IMG/VR virus record: IMGVR_UViG_3300042377_000720
DNA length: 64,000 bases
Reading direction: 5' to 3' (one strand)
From: an uncultured virus (IMG/VR IMGVR_UViG_3300042377_000720)
Lineage: Duplodnaviria > Heunggongvirae > Uroviricota > Caudoviricetes
Below, in pieces: positions 19,501 to 30,043 of this stretch. Every line of letters begins with the position of its first letter. Within the stretch, counting starts at the first letter, position 1. A program made the translations under genes and the position numbers. The notes under the pieces were generated by a model, which worked only from the letters and a program-made list of their open reading frames with translations, was not told the DNA's origin and made no database searches.

Positions 19501-21377
19501 GAAAGGAATTTATTACTGTTAAGAGTTTAAAAATCCACGCACCAGTTGCATTTTTCTGTAGACAATCAACAGCGGAGGTTAAATACCATATTGAACCTGA
19601 AAAACCAAAACCAACACCTCCCCCAACAATCGTTACGAGAATTGAACCGGATGGTGAAACTACTTTATATCCACCAACTAAGAAACCTGCGATAGACCCA
19701 ATGAAGAGAATCATCATGAAAACTCTTTCAGAGTGTTTCTATTTCAAAAAACTTGAAGAGGATTCTCCAGTGGCGTTCAAATCATTAAAAGAAAAATTAA
19801 AATATTTCCATCCAGGTTTCCACTCAACAACTCCTGAAGGATTGAACTCTCGTTTGACCTTTATGTTACAATGTATAAGACCGGGTGACACAATACCTAT
19901 TAAGGGAATTGCGGATGATGCAGATTTAAATGCAAGAAATACTTCATTTGGTCCACCACCTGTTTGTGTTCTTAGAATTGGTGATTTTTACCATTCTAAA
20001 ATTATTATTCGTGATGTTAACATCACGTATGATGATTCACCATGGGATTTAAACCCTGAAGGTATTGGTGTACAACCAATGATTGCCAATATTACATGTC
20101 AAATTGCATTTATTGGAGGACAGGGATTGTCAAGACCTGTTGAGAGATTACAAAACGCTCTTTCATCAAATTTCTTTGCTAATACTGAAATGTACGATGA
20201 AAGGTCAATACCAACAAATGAGACAATCGGTGGTGTGGACGCAAAAGAATTTACAAAAGATTTCTTGGAGAAATTATTAAGTGATTTACCAAAACAAAAA
20301 GAAACCCCTGAAACTCAAAACACTAATGAAATTAGTGAAGGAAAATGGATTGGTACATTTATTACCCCATCATCAACGATGGACTTCACCCCATTACTTA
20401 AACCAGTATTTGATAATACTGACAATTATTTTAAAAAGTACGAAACTACCTATAACAAAATGATTAAAAGATATGGTCAAGACATTGGTACATTATTGTT
20501 TACTGACACGTATAGAACAATTAAACAATATGATGTTTACACAACCACTAGTACATCACCGGGAAAAACACTATCATTAGTTGGTCTTTATAAGAAAAAC
20601 AATGAATTACCAATCTTAATGAGGGGTGTTAAAAGTGCGATGATTGCACAATTAGATAATACCGACCTATCACTCATGTTTGGATTAGATAAAGTTTTAA
20701 CACCACCTAAATTAGCCAAGTCAAACGAATATCTTAAACCTTTGATTACTAAAATAGTTGAAGATAAATTAAACGAACTAATCGATACAAATCCATTCAG
20801 TGAATTTGAATCTGTGAGAGATTCGTTGATTAAGAGTTTAGACTACGTTAACTTCCTTGTTAAATTTGGTAAGGATACAATGGTAAAAGATGAAGATGTT
20901 ACTGAGGCTGTTTTATCGGGTTATACATATGATTTACTATATAATGAGTATAGTAGTTGTATTGACTACATTGAAAAGAACACACCAAAAATGTTTATTG
21001 ATTTAACATCAACAATTAATTTTAATACACCAACAATTGGTTCAATTGAATTTGAAAGAATTATGACCGTATTTCTTCAAGAAAAGGTTAATGAGATTGT
21101 TAAGGTTTATGAAAATGACCAAACAATATTTCCTGAGAACATTAGAAAGAAAATTAGAAATAAGATTGAAGATTTTGTTGAGGAACTTAAAGATAAGGAT
21201 TTTAAATTTTCAAAATTTAAAGATAGGAAGAACAGTAAAAAAATTACATTTTCTTTCACGACCACTAACTTATCTACAGATGCGACATTCAATGAAGAAT
21301 CTAAAAAAGTACATTCAGATAATGTTGAAGTGACAGACAAACTAAACTACTACAAAAGTAATAAAGATAAAAAGTAA
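16569..21377 (+). CDS. large baseplate/tube-initiator protein with OmpA-like insertion
   Basis: WFPPY...W....LGRPEPIYTY...R...LSF and PPVCVLRIGDFY...PMIANI halves flank YNENLALRRSSSI. Confidence 0.55.
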   Translation: MPSYLDFSSTSTFRDFLISKTLQRPFGPQTFTAANYSVQTLSNLANVDPGAVDTNRANDLLQIKNTNIFKPVSYFVTENINTIPRSANLNLYPYFTRGDISSLFGIMSNSNYDNESQLMKFAALNIRENRDGPVFARITQNLTAATLGRVRIADAINGNTATAINIVTGREPLIEKNYKITVAKTLLGKGIDFLQTVAGVEFPFSEIPGDYLSNPQNPIENRPTPRTEGGAILQDITGALGSLIGIQRRPKVSRKPSDLMIEYMGDGQKQTLFDNLSYSKYAPNYTTTARSQQSSKLFNNISQFAQGVKSLLGLEAPKGVAYIGDDRSEDVKMTMSDANNNMVKGSYYMGMMFDPVQTSLFERQRNISEGGTLSTKLTWISRNSKEYNLSPNETKIPRTGFFGERSETTYSREQTSHVDSLSTKYGFREDSILGKTQELLDSMPNDGMASRTHVGNVIDQTSRVFREGETMLSRGSAIQYVDKYTKENTGIEYCRVWTKDRSYFNYSDTMKRTGNIRKFDDSVMSTPWNLNIAPMSDGDRNFEGVSTNIKKGPPGDGFYAKKYMFSIENLAWKTSNTPGFTYNDLPYCERGNNGGRVMWFPPYDLKISEQNSARWSDNTFLGRPEPIYTYQDTSRTGTLSFKVVVDHPSILNLLVREHFKNMSDEESENYINAFFAGCEELDFYSLIRRYTYLDSDDITLIKMFLEKGKDPEVIKKYKTIIEPVVNTDQSGGSANANNGKNEGFKCVLKYDNDIPGPRFQSVEVDTPYGQLFEPFYIQKTGHTAALDTALRSITGITQTAQVLKEREYVFGKTGTTIDNAAVLYQTNLLDGYFETAKKEYEKFTGGTATLKEMISGGTVQRIYLTVESSCSSVASELYNENLALRRSSSIIKEFFKNISKDGTVPKEFKWVKSIGIAENKNLSENDKVIISKGKPIVIKKEYKLSDFGWTDNTGSVVIDSANYGENFTGPSPDSQCRGKEFITVKSLKIHAPVAFFCRQSTAEVKYHIEPEKPKPTPPPTIVTRIEPDGETTLYPPTKKPAIDPMKRIIMKTLSECFYFKKLEEDSPVAFKSLKEKLKYFHPGFHSTTPEGLNSRLTFMLQCIRPGDTIPIKGIADDADLNARNTSFGPPPVCVLRIGDFYHSKIIIRDVNITYDDSPWDLNPEGIGVQPMIANITCQIAFIGGQGLSRPVERLQNALSSNFFANTEMYDERSIPTNETIGGVDAKEFTKDFLEKLLSDLPKQKETPETQNTNEISEGKWIGTFITPSSTMDFTPLLKPVFDNTDNYFKKYETTYNKMIKRYGQDIGTLLFTDTYRTIKQYDVYTTTSTSPGKTLSLVGLYKKNNELPILMRGVKSAMIAQLDNTDLSLMFGLDKVLTPPKLAKSNEYLKPLITKIVEDKLNELIDTNPFSEFESVRDSLIKSLDYVNFLVKFGKDTMVKDEDVTEAVLSGYTYDLLYNEYSSCIDYIEKNTPKMFIDLTSTINFNTPTIGSIEFERIMTVFLQEKVNEIVKVYENDQTIFPENIRKKIRNKIEDFVEELKDKDFKFSKFKDRKNSKKITFSFTTTNLSTDATFNEESKKVHSDNVEVTDKLNYYKSNKDKK

Positions 21378-21700
21378 TGGCAAGGGATTATTTTAACAGA
21401 TATCAGTTTTTCATTGAGGACAGTGAATTTAAAATTGTTCCGGGTATTGAGATTCCGATTAAAGGAACCGACAAGTATACATTCTATAAGAAAGGAAAAG
21501 ATAGATTGGATAAAATCTCTCAAGAATATTATAATTCACCCGTTTTTGGTTGGGTTATTTTAATGGCAAATCCATTGGCCGGTAGTTTAGAGTTTGAAAT
21601 TCCGAACAATTCGTTAATTAGAGTACCATTTCCTTTAACTACGACTTTACAAGATTACAAAAGAAGTGTAGAATTGTATAATTTATATTATGGCGAGTAA
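21377..21700 (+). CDS. LysM-like baseplate protein (gp53/gpX-like)
   Basis: DRLDKISQEYYNSPVFGWVILMANP...IRVP. Confidence 0.75.
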   Translation: MARDYFNRYQFFIEDSEFKIVPGIEIPIKGTDKYTFYKKGKDRLDKISQEYYNSPVFGWVILMANPLAGSLEFEIPNNSLIRVPFPLTTTLQDYKRSVELYNLYYGE

Positions 21701-24700
21701 TAACGATTTATCAAATAGTGAAAACATACTTGTAAAAGTAGACCAAAACAATCTTATTTACATCGACCCGAATAGTATTGTCGATAATGACGGTAATATT
21801 CAACCAAGGGGTGTAAAACAAGAGAATTTGGTTATGTATGTTAACTTGGAAGCAGATATTATTCCGAGAACATCTCTTGTTGCCAAAGACCAAGGAAGTA
21901 CCTTAATTAGTATTGCTAAAGGTAATCTTAATTTTCTTAAAAATCAAACAGGTGATGGTAACTTTGATACATCGTGGACGGAGTCTTATTTGGGTAAACC
22001 CGAATTAAACACAGCTAACGATGCAAAAACCAAAGTAACGGATGATTATTACCTATCTGATTCTAGTGGTCAGAGTTTCGGTATGGATAGTATTAACATA
22101 ACAGTTAAAGGTGCAAATTTCACACCCCAAGTCACAATTAACTTTATTGACGTTAGAGGTAAGACACTATTTGAATCATCTGAAAATTCACCATACCGTG
22201 CATTTTTTCATATTCCATGGCCAATATTCTATTTGACGGTAAAGGGTTATTATGGTAAGGCGATAAGATATCGTTTACATATGACCAAGTTTTCATCTAA
22301 ATTTAATGATAGTAATGGTAATTTTGAAGTAACCACAACATTTGTTGGGTCAACGTATGCATATATGAATGACATACCTTTATCTGCAATTATCAACTGC
22401 CCATATATGTTTTTAACTGAGAATGTTGAGAACAAAAAGTTTAACGAAAAAGAAGGTAGGTACGAAAAGAAAATATCAAGAGGCTCAAGAGGATACCAAG
22501 TATTAAGGTCGATATATCAACAATACGAACAAAAAGGTTTAGTACCAAAAGGTACATTTATTAAAAACGACGGTAAACCTGTAAAGACATTAAAAGACTT
22601 AGGTTATATTGCCGAATCACTTGACAAAATCTTAGAGAGAAAAATCTTTAACGAGGTTGTTGATATGAAAGTATTCCAAGGAATTAAAGAACTTGAGGAT
22701 AACTTAAATAACTTTGAAAATTCCATTAAGGCGTGGTCAAAACAAAATTTATCTTCAAAAGAGTATGAAACCAAAACACCTACCGTTGTAAATCCGTTAG
22801 TTGAAAGTACAGATTATAATTGGTATTACTTAGTAAAAGATAAGAAAACTTTAGAAAAGATAACAGGACAAACCGAAGGAACTTTAGAAAGACTTATTAC
22901 AATTTACCCTGATGCGTTAAATAAATCAATTGATTTTACAAATAAATTGATGAATAAAACTTCTGCGGATTTTAAGAAAATTTCATTAAACACAATTAAA
23001 AACATTAAAAACTATTATGATGTAAAGAGTGATGGTTTTGTTTTGATTGGTATTGACACATTGTTCAAAGATATTTTTGAAATAAAGAAGTCATTTGATG
23101 AACAAAGAAAAAAACTCGAAGACGACGTTGAGAAAAAAATGAACGAGGTCATCAAAGACCCTTCTCAAGGATTTGGATTTGAACCAACAATCAGAAATAT
23201 ATTTGCAGTACTTTTAGCAAACGCGGAAGTTTACATCCGTTTAATGAAAGACACACACAACAGAGCGTTTGATTCTGCGAAAACCCGTGCTAAGTTATTA
23301 TCGGGTTTAACTGATGAACAAAAAGGAAAGGGTAGTGCAATATATCCATGGCCTGAAGTTAAAAAACCCATTTCAGGTGGTAAACAAAATGTTATTGCAT
23401 ATCCGGGTGAACCTGAATTAATAAATAAATTAAAATCAAACAATAACACCATTTGGCCTGAAGTTGACTTTGTTGAAGAATACATTAAAATTGTAACTAA
23501 CAAATTAGATACGGGTGTCACAAACGAACCAACGGTTAGTGATGTTAATTATATTTTTGAAACTGATTCTACTGAAAATAATTTAGACGATATAAGTGGT
23601 ATGGATGCCATGAATGAAGGGGTACCTTATGTTGATAGGGTATTTTCATCATTTGTTTATGAACTTTATGAAAGAATAAAATACACAACCCTATTCGATT
23701 CGTACAATAACAACTTATTGGATTTATTGGCAAAAGAAGAGGTGGAAAATATTAAAGAATCAATTAGTGAAGATGTTGATTTAGTTGACCTATGTCAAAA
23801 ATTAACAAATATTGATGCACTAATTAGATATAAATCAGCATCACCCTTACTAAATGATAACGGAACACCACAATTAGATTCAGAAGGTAAACCAAAAACC
23901 GTGACTCTTTTTGATGGATACCTCCCAAGTTCATCACCATATGAAAGGTTTCCATATTTTAGAGACCATTTACCAACAGTACCATACTTAAAAGATATTA
24001 TTGATTCTCCATTTAAGTTTGAAAAATACGGAACTGTTAATAGACAAAGAAAATCGTTTAAAGGAAAAGAAATAAACGCTGAGTTAGTGAAATACGTTCC
24101 TGAACCATATAGAACTAAAATATATCCATTCAATTCAGACATTTATTTAGATTATTTGAATAAGACCGAATTTACTGATGATAATTTTAAATTTAATGGA
24201 ATTTTACAAGTTAACCCATCACAAGCATTTGTGTGTTCACCGTTTAATGTGACTTCATGGGTTAAACCTGGGTACGATGAAAACATGTTTACACAAAAAC
24301 TTAAAAATGGTAACACATCCGTTAATATATTAAACACACCATATTTTCATAAACAGTTAAAATCTGATTTTGGTAAAACAACCAAATTTGGAAAGTATGT
24401 TGGGTCATCATATCTATTATTAAATTCGTTACCGTTTTTAGATTTAGAAGATACCATCACATTTACTGACACATTAGGTGTAATGTTTGGTCAAACTAAC
24501 AACAGTAAATCAATATTAATGTCTTCTTTATTCAGAGAAGTATCATCAACTCATTTTGTACCATATCACTTAATGTTAAAGTGGGGTGCGATGTATCATA
24601 GATATAAAAAACAAATTATCGACGGTGTTGATATTTTAAGTGGATTTGTAAATTCAAGTAACGTTACTCAACCAATAACCGGTAGTTCATTTTTTGATGG

Positions 24701-27533
24701 TGGATTCACAGGTACAACTTTTGAGACATTTACCGTAGGTGCAAATACTATTAACCATTCGTTGTCAAATAACGTAGGTTTAAATCCATATTATCAGTCA
24801 ATATTTCATCAAATTGTTAATGGGTATTCACATTATAATGTTTATTCGGGTAATACTGACTATACGGGTAAAACAAACACCAATAATATTATACACAAAC
24901 CACTTAAAGGAAATAATAATAACACTTATTGGAGTGTGTTGGTTGATAACTCAAAATATAAATCAACGGAACAATTTTATACATTATTACCGTCCCATGG
25001 TTTAAACCAATCGGATTTAGGTAATAAGAATTTAGAGACATTTGATTTTGCTGAACAATATACATTTAGAGGTTGGTGGATAGATGAGAGTGTAACTGAT
25101 GAATTTTCAGGTAAAACATTTGCATCATATTCCGAATACCCAAGAAACTACGTTTCGGGTTCAACCACGGATAACACATTTACGATTGACGCAAACTACA
25201 GAAAGGTAATTGATTTAATTGGAACTTTCAGTCCACAAATATTAGAATCGTTTGAAGGAATGTTCTTAGATTTTGCGTCTGAAAAAACTAATGATGAGAT
25301 ACCATTCCAAACATTTGACAACTTAAACTACGGTAAATTCCAAGACTTACTTAAAGAATTGGTGACCGTACCTAAAGAAACCACTGATAGTACGTCTAAT
25401 ACAATGTTCAACATTGTAAAAGATAGACAACTTGAAAAATCAAAATCGGTGAGTAACCGTTTGTTAAGTGTTAATAATATTATAAAATTCACATTGGCAA
25501 ATCCAAAAGAAATTGACCCATATACGTTTTACGGTATGACATCTTTTGATAATTACAATGTTTTTAGTGTTGCCACGTATAATAACAGTGACCTAACCCC
25601 AACAAATCAAAATTTTATTAAATTATACATTGGAGAGGATATCGACGGTTACTATCAAGATTTCTTTGGTGTTAATGACATAAAACTTACTGAAGAAAAT
25701 ATTATCAGATTTAGACCATTAGTACAAATCTATGCGGGATATAGAAAGTCAGGTGGAACCAACACAAAGGCGGCATTTAGGGAGTATCTTAGACTATCCG
25801 TGTTTCAGGGGCAAGGAAATAAGATTTATGCGAGTGGTTCTGACGTTAGATTAAAATATTTCTTAACTATAGTGTTAGGGGAAATTAGTAAAAAGGGTAA
25901 TATCGAAAGAAAAGACTCATCCACCGATATTAGAAGATACCAAGGATATAACACGAACGATACGAAGTTAGAATTGTATAATACCTTCAAATCATTTAAT
26001 GACAAATGGACCGCCGGTAACTCAATCGGTCAAAGATTATTACTTGAAGAATTTTTATTTTTAGATAAAGCGAATAGAGACATTGGGGATAAATTCTATA
26101 TGAATATAGATAGGATTACAAATTTATTACACCCAAATAACATGAAGCAAAGTTTATATGGGTCAATATCAATATTGATACAGGGAACGGGTCTCGATAT
26201 GAGGGCACTCCCCGCATATGTTAATTTCTATGGTACGAACTTAAAAAGTAAAACAAAGATTACACCATCTAAAAATGTTGCCAAAAATTTATTCGGTACC
26301 TTTTTAGAAGTTGATTATCAGGAATCGTCACCAAAGATTATTATTCAGTTAGTCGGAGCGTCATCAAAAAGACCTGACTTATCAAATAGTAAAGAATATA
26401 AGTTTGCGGATGATAGTTTTTACATTGGTAGCGTAAATAACAATCCATTAGTGATTACATCATTAGAAAGTTTTGCGGCAACTGATTTGAGTAAATCAAA
26501 TAAAGTAGTTGCATTCGAGGTAAGTTTTGGTGACCAAAACCAAGGTATTTTCAAGGGGGTACAATTAGACCAATCAACCTTAAAGAACACATCTGAATCA
26601 TTTGTGGTTTTAGAAAATTTGGCTAGGTCAGAATCAGGTGCGGGTGCATATAATGTGGATGTTAGTTTATTTGACTATTACAAACAAGCGTCATATAAAT
26701 GTGAAGTCACATGTATGGGTAATGTAATGATTCAACCAACAATGTACTTTTATTTAAAAAACATACCAATGTTTAAAGGTTCATATTGGATTACGGAAGT
26801 AAGTCACTCAATTAAGGGTAATACAATTACAACAACGTTTTCTGGTGCAAGAATTCCGTATACATCTTTACCTGACCCTAAAGACTCATTTATTTCAAGT
26901 TACCGTGTTTTATTTGATAGAATGGCATCAAAGGCTCAATCGATACTTAAACAAAACGAAAAACCTAGTGAATCAAAAGAAGAGGTTGTTACTTATGAAG
27001 GTATAGCATACTCAACAGATAGAGCAGGTAAAACAATACAAGGTGAAGAAATAACTAAGTCTGAACCAAAAGTGGGGGTTACTGAATTTGGAATACCATA
27101 TAATGGTTATAAAAACCAAAAAGACATTCAAAAAGTTGATAACAATGGAACATGGTTAAGAGCGGTGGTGGTAAAAATGGGTGGAGAAAAGTACCCAATT
27201 GACCCCGATACCACAATGGGAGTTGCTGACGGTATTAAATGGTCAAAAATCAGTGGAGCCAATTATAAGTTTTACAATACTACCTTTTTATCAAACATTG
27301 CGAGTTCGGAAAAAATTAGAACGGCAAAAACAGAATTTAAGAATCCTAAAAACGGTAAAACATATACATTGAACCCAAGTTATCAATTAGCGGAATCAAT
27401 AGGAACTATTGTAACCAATGGACCAGTAGGTAATGGACCAAATGTTTCAGGTTATGGAATGGGTATGTCACCGTCATTAATGTCCGAACTTGGATTATAT
27501 GATGGAGATGTGGTGTATTTTAAACTATCATAA
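21690..27533 (+). CDS. large baseplate hub protein (gp27/gpD-like)
   Basis: FGMDSINI..PQVTINFIDVRG N-terminus; CMGNVMIQP...GSYWITEVSHSI...TTTFSG hub motif. Confidence 0.6.
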   Translation: MASNNDLSNSENILVKVDQNNLIYIDPNSIVDNDGNIQPRGVKQENLVMYVNLEADIIPRTSLVAKDQGSTLISIAKGNLNFLKNQTGDGNFDTSWTESYLGKPELNTANDAKTKVTDDYYLSDSSGQSFGMDSINITVKGANFTPQVTINFIDVRGKTLFESSENSPYRAFFHIPWPIFYLTVKGYYGKAIRYRLHMTKFSSKFNDSNGNFEVTTTFVGSTYAYMNDIPLSAIINCPYMFLTENVENKKFNEKEGRYEKKISRGSRGYQVLRSIYQQYEQKGLVPKGTFIKNDGKPVKTLKDLGYIAESLDKILERKIFNEVVDMKVFQGIKELEDNLNNFENSIKAWSKQNLSSKEYETKTPTVVNPLVESTDYNWYYLVKDKKTLEKITGQTEGTLERLITIYPDALNKSIDFTNKLMNKTSADFKKISLNTIKNIKNYYDVKSDGFVLIGIDTLFKDIFEIKKSFDEQRKKLEDDVEKKMNEVIKDPSQGFGFEPTIRNIFAVLLANAEVYIRLMKDTHNRAFDSAKTRAKLLSGLTDEQKGKGSAIYPWPEVKKPISGGKQNVIAYPGEPELINKLKSNNNTIWPEVDFVEEYIKIVTNKLDTGVTNEPTVSDVNYIFETDSTENNLDDISGMDAMNEGVPYVDRVFSSFVYELYERIKYTTLFDSYNNNLLDLLAKEEVENIKESISEDVDLVDLCQKLTNIDALIRYKSASPLLNDNGTPQLDSEGKPKTVTLFDGYLPSSSPYERFPYFRDHLPTVPYLKDIIDSPFKFEKYGTVNRQRKSFKGKEINAELVKYVPEPYRTKIYPFNSDIYLDYLNKTEFTDDNFKFNGILQVNPSQAFVCSPFNVTSWVKPGYDENMFTQKLKNGNTSVNILNTPYFHKQLKSDFGKTTKFGKYVGSSYLLLNSLPFLDLEDTITFTDTLGVMFGQTNNSKSILMSSLFREVSSTHFVPYHLMLKWGAMYHRYKKQIIDGVDILSGFVNSSNVTQPITGSSFFDGGFTGTTFETFTVGANTINHSLSNNVGLNPYYQSIFHQIVNGYSHYNVYSGNTDYTGKTNTNNIIHKPLKGNNNNTYWSVLVDNSKYKSTEQFYTLLPSHGLNQSDLGNKNLETFDFAEQYTFRGWWIDESVTDEFSGKTFASYSEYPRNYVSGSTTDNTFTIDANYRKVIDLIGTFSPQILESFEGMFLDFASEKTNDEIPFQTFDNLNYGKFQDLLKELVTVPKETTDSTSNTMFNIVKDRQLEKSKSVSNRLLSVNNIIKFTLANPKEIDPYTFYGMTSFDNYNVFSVATYNNSDLTPTNQNFIKLYIGEDIDGYYQDFFGVNDIKLTEENIIRFRPLVQIYAGYRKSGGTNTKAAFREYLRLSVFQGQGNKIYASGSDVRLKYFLTIVLGEISKKGNIERKDSSTDIRRYQGYNTNDTKLELYNTFKSFNDKWTAGNSIGQRLLLEEFLFLDKANRDIGDKFYMNIDRITNLLHPNNMKQSLYGSISILIQGTGLDMRALPAYVNFYGTNLKSKTKITPSKNVAKNLFGTFLEVDYQESSPKIIIQLVGASSKRPDLSNSKEYKFADDSFYIGSVNNNPLVITSLESFAATDLSKSNKVVAFEVSFGDQNQGIFKGVQLDQSTLKNTSESFVVLENLARSESGAGAYNVDVSLFDYYKQASYKCEVTCMGNVMIQPTMYFYLKNIPMFKGSYWITEVSHSIKGNTITTTFSGARIPYTSLPDPKDSFISSYRVLFDRMASKAQSILKQNEKPSESKEEVVTYEGIAYSTDRAGKTIQGEEITKSEPKVGVTEFGIPYNGYKNQKDIQKVDNNGTWLRAVVVKMGGEKYPIDPDTTMGVADGIKWSKISGANYKFYNTTFLSNIASSEKIRTAKTEFKNPKNGKTYTLNPSYQLAESIGTIVTNGPVGNGPNVSGYGMGMSPSLMSELGLYDGDVVYFKLS

Positions 27534-27597
27534 CTTTTTATTAGTGGTTTAAACAACGAGTTTTCTCATTTCTATGATATTTATATAAAAAAATACT

Positions 27598-27801
27598 ATG
27601 AATAACGATAAATTAAACGATGCGCTTAACAACTACATTTCCCCTAAGATGGTAAGTAGTGTTTCTCAGGACGGAATGGAAAGAGAAGAGTGTGACCTAA
27701 GAACTGGTGAATGTTATGTTATCAGGTCTAAAGATGGTATTGTTGAAAGAATAAATAAAAAATTCATTACCGAAGACGGTAGACAACTTTTACAAGATTA
27801 A
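27598..27801 (+). CDS. hypothetical protein (67 aa)
   Basis: ATG..TAA; TATTTATA at 27578-27585. Confidence 0.7.
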   Translation: MNNDKLNDALNNYISPKMVSSVSQDGMEREECDLRTGECYVIRSKDGIVERINKKFITEDGRQLLQD

Positions 27802-27805
27802 TATC

Positions 27806-28462
27806 ATGAATAACTTAGAAAAACAATTAATAGAAGAGGTAGCAAGATTTAATGCTATTAATAAGTACACAACTAAACTTATGAACGAACAGGGAGTACC
27901 TGTTGAAGACCCTGCGGCAATTGAACCACCGGTAGAAGGTGGTGAATTACCTCCACCTCCAGCAGATATGGGAGCACCTGATGCTGAAATGCCAACAGAC
28001 GAACCGATACCAACAGATGTACCGGCGGAAGGTGGCGATACTGAAGAAATCGATATTACTGATTTGGTTAATATGACTAAGTCTATTAAACAAGACCTTG
28101 ACGATAGTAAATCGGAAAACGAAGGTGTTGTTAGTAAAATGGATGACGTATTCAGTAAGTTATCAGATTTAGAACAAAAATTAGCACAGATGGATGCGGT
28201 TATGAGTAAAATTGATGAACTTGGCAACAAGGTTGAAACGATGAGAGAAAAAACTCCTGAAGAGAAACTTGAAATGCGTTCATTTGATTCGTATCCATTT
28301 AATCAGAACCCACAACAATTCTTTGCACAAAAACAAGGTGAAATGAGACAAAGTGGTAAAAATGAATATGTTTTAACTAAACAAGACATTGACACTTATT
28401 CGCCCCAAACAATAAAAAACACATTTAATCCAGAACAACAGGAAGATGATTTTAAATTCTAA
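27806..28462 (+). CDS. hypothetical acidic Pro-rich/coiled-coil protein
   Basis: P/E/A-rich linker followed by heptad-like repeats. Confidence 0.75.
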   Translation: MNNLEKQLIEEVARFNAINKYTTKLMNEQGVPVEDPAAIEPPVEGGELPPPPADMGAPDAEMPTDEPIPTDVPAEGGDTEEIDITDLVNMTKSIKQDLDDSKSENEGVVSKMDDVFSKLSDLEQKLAQMDAVMSKIDELGNKVETMREKTPEEKLEMRSFDSYPFNQNPQQFFAQKQGEMRQSGKNEYVLTKQDIDTYSPQTIKNTFNPEQQEDDFKF

Positions 28463-28817
28463 TGTCAACCTTTTTTTAGGGTTACAAGCACAGTTAAGAA
28501 TATTTCATTGGCAGACAAAAGGTTATGCAAGACATAACGCATTTGGTGTGACATATGATACTTTAGAAGATTTAATTGATACCTTTGTTGAAGAAGCAAT
28601 GGGTAAGTACGGTAGATTCACATTAGATGACGAAACCAACACAATTCAATTAGCGAATTTGAAGGAACTTAAACCTGAGGCGATGTTAGATGTTATAATT
28701 TCTGCGTTGAATCAATTTTCAGAACAATTAGAAGAGTCTGATACTAATCTCTTAAATGTGAGAGACGAAATGTTGGGAGCAATCAATAAATTAAAATACT
28801 TATTAACACTAGAATAA
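28446..28817 (+). CDS. ferritin/Dps-like four-helix protein (DUF5856-like)
   Basis: HWQTKGYARHNAF...Y..LEDLIDTFVE; C-terminal RDEML..INKLKYLL. Confidence 0.7.
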   Translation: MILNSNVNLFLGLQAQLRIFHWQTKGYARHNAFGVTYDTLEDLIDTFVEEAMGKYGRFTLDDETNTIQLANLKELKPEAMLDVIISALNQFSEQLEESDTNLLNVRDEMLGAINKLKYLLTLE

Positions 28818-28818
28818 A

Positions 28819-29055
28819 ATGATATCAGGTTCAGCAGCGGTTATAGCGTCTAACACAACAACAGGTTCGTTATCGTACATTAATACTTTAATTACGGGAG
28901 CAACTTCACAAGGTTTATATGAGTTGAGTATACCACAACATTTTTTAAATGAGAACATGATTAGCGATTTGACTAACGTATACGGATATAAAGTTTATGC
29001 AAAGTCAAATTCATTTATGGGTACCAACAATGATTATGTTATCAAATGGAGATAA
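28819..29055 (+). CDS. hypothetical protein (78 aa)
   Basis: ATG..TAA, starts 1 nt after the previous stop. Confidence 0.65.
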   Translation: MISGSAAVIASNTTTGSLSYINTLITGATSQGLYELSIPQHFLNENMISDLTNVYGYKVYAKSNSFMGTNNDYVIKWR

Positions 29056-29118
29056 CAACAGTCCCAACTCCCATAGATTGGGATTTATAAGGGAAAACAA
29101 CTTTTTTGAAAATATTTG

Positions 29119-29147
29119 AAGTCGGATTTTGTAATTCGACTTTTTTT
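29119..29147 (+). terminator. intrinsic terminator
   Basis: AAGTCGGATT-TTGT-AATTCGACTT followed by a T run. Confidence 0.7.
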
Positions 29148-29186
29148 ATCTATATTTTACTATAAACAATTTAAAAACCAAGATTT

Positions 29187-30032
29187 ATGTCAACATTTGA
29201 TTCAGTACTAGCACAGTACAACAAGAATGCCACAAGTGGCAACCAAAACAGAGTGTCTCAAGAAGACCGATTAAAAAAGTACTTCACTACCCTTTTACCA
29301 AAAGGTGCTAGAAGTGGGGAAAAAAGAATCCGTATCATTCCTACGACTGACGGAAGTTCTCCATTTAAAGAAGCGTACTTCCACGAAGTTCAAGTTGATG
29401 GAAATTGGCTTAAACTTTATGACCCAAAACAAGAGGGCAAACGCTCTCCATTAAACGAAGTTTATGATGCGTTAATGATGACAGGTTTAGAATCTGACAA
29501 GGTTCTTGCTCGTCAGTACAGAGCACGTAAATTTTACATCGTTAAAGTGATTGACCGTGAAAACGAACAGGACGGACCAAAGTTCTGGCGTTTTAAACAC
29601 AACAGTAAGCAAGAAGGAATTCTTGACAAAATTTTCCCACTATTTAAAAACAAAGGAGATATTACCGATATCAATTCAGGACGTGACTTAATTGTTACTC
29701 TTGGTTTGAGTAAGGCAGGTAACGGTAGAGAATACACAACCATTAGTTCAATCATGTATGAGGATGCAAGTCCATTAAACAATGATGAAACGGTTTCACA
29801 ATCGTGGGTTAATGACGAATTAACATGGAACGATGTTTACTCTAAAAAACCTGAAGACTATTTGGAGATGATTGCTAAAGGTGAAGTTCCTAGATGGGAT
29901 TCAGAAACTAAGAAATTTGTTTCAAATTCTCAAGAAGAAACTCAAATAATGGCACCATCAACATCCACACCATCAGAACCAGTATACGATGCACAATCTG
30001 AAGCTGAATCTGACGACGATTTACCATTCTAA
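29187..30032 (+). CDS. single-stranded DNA-binding protein (gp32-like)
   Basis: IRIIP...SPF....H, VIDRENEQDGPKFW, DITD..SGRD; acidic tail ESDDDLPF. Confidence 0.8.
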   Translation: MSTFDSVLAQYNKNATSGNQNRVSQEDRLKKYFTTLLPKGARSGEKRIRIIPTTDGSSPFKEAYFHEVQVDGNWLKLYDPKQEGKRSPLNEVYDALMMTGLESDKVLARQYRARKFYIVKVIDRENEQDGPKFWRFKHNSKQEGILDKIFPLFKNKGDITDINSGRDLIVTLGLSKAGNGREYTTISSIMYEDASPLNNDETVSQSWVNDELTWNDVYSKKPEDYLEMIAKGEVPRWDSETKKFVSNSQEETQIMAPSTSTPSEPVYDAQSEAESDDDLPF

Positions 30033-30043
30033 TCTAACCCCCC

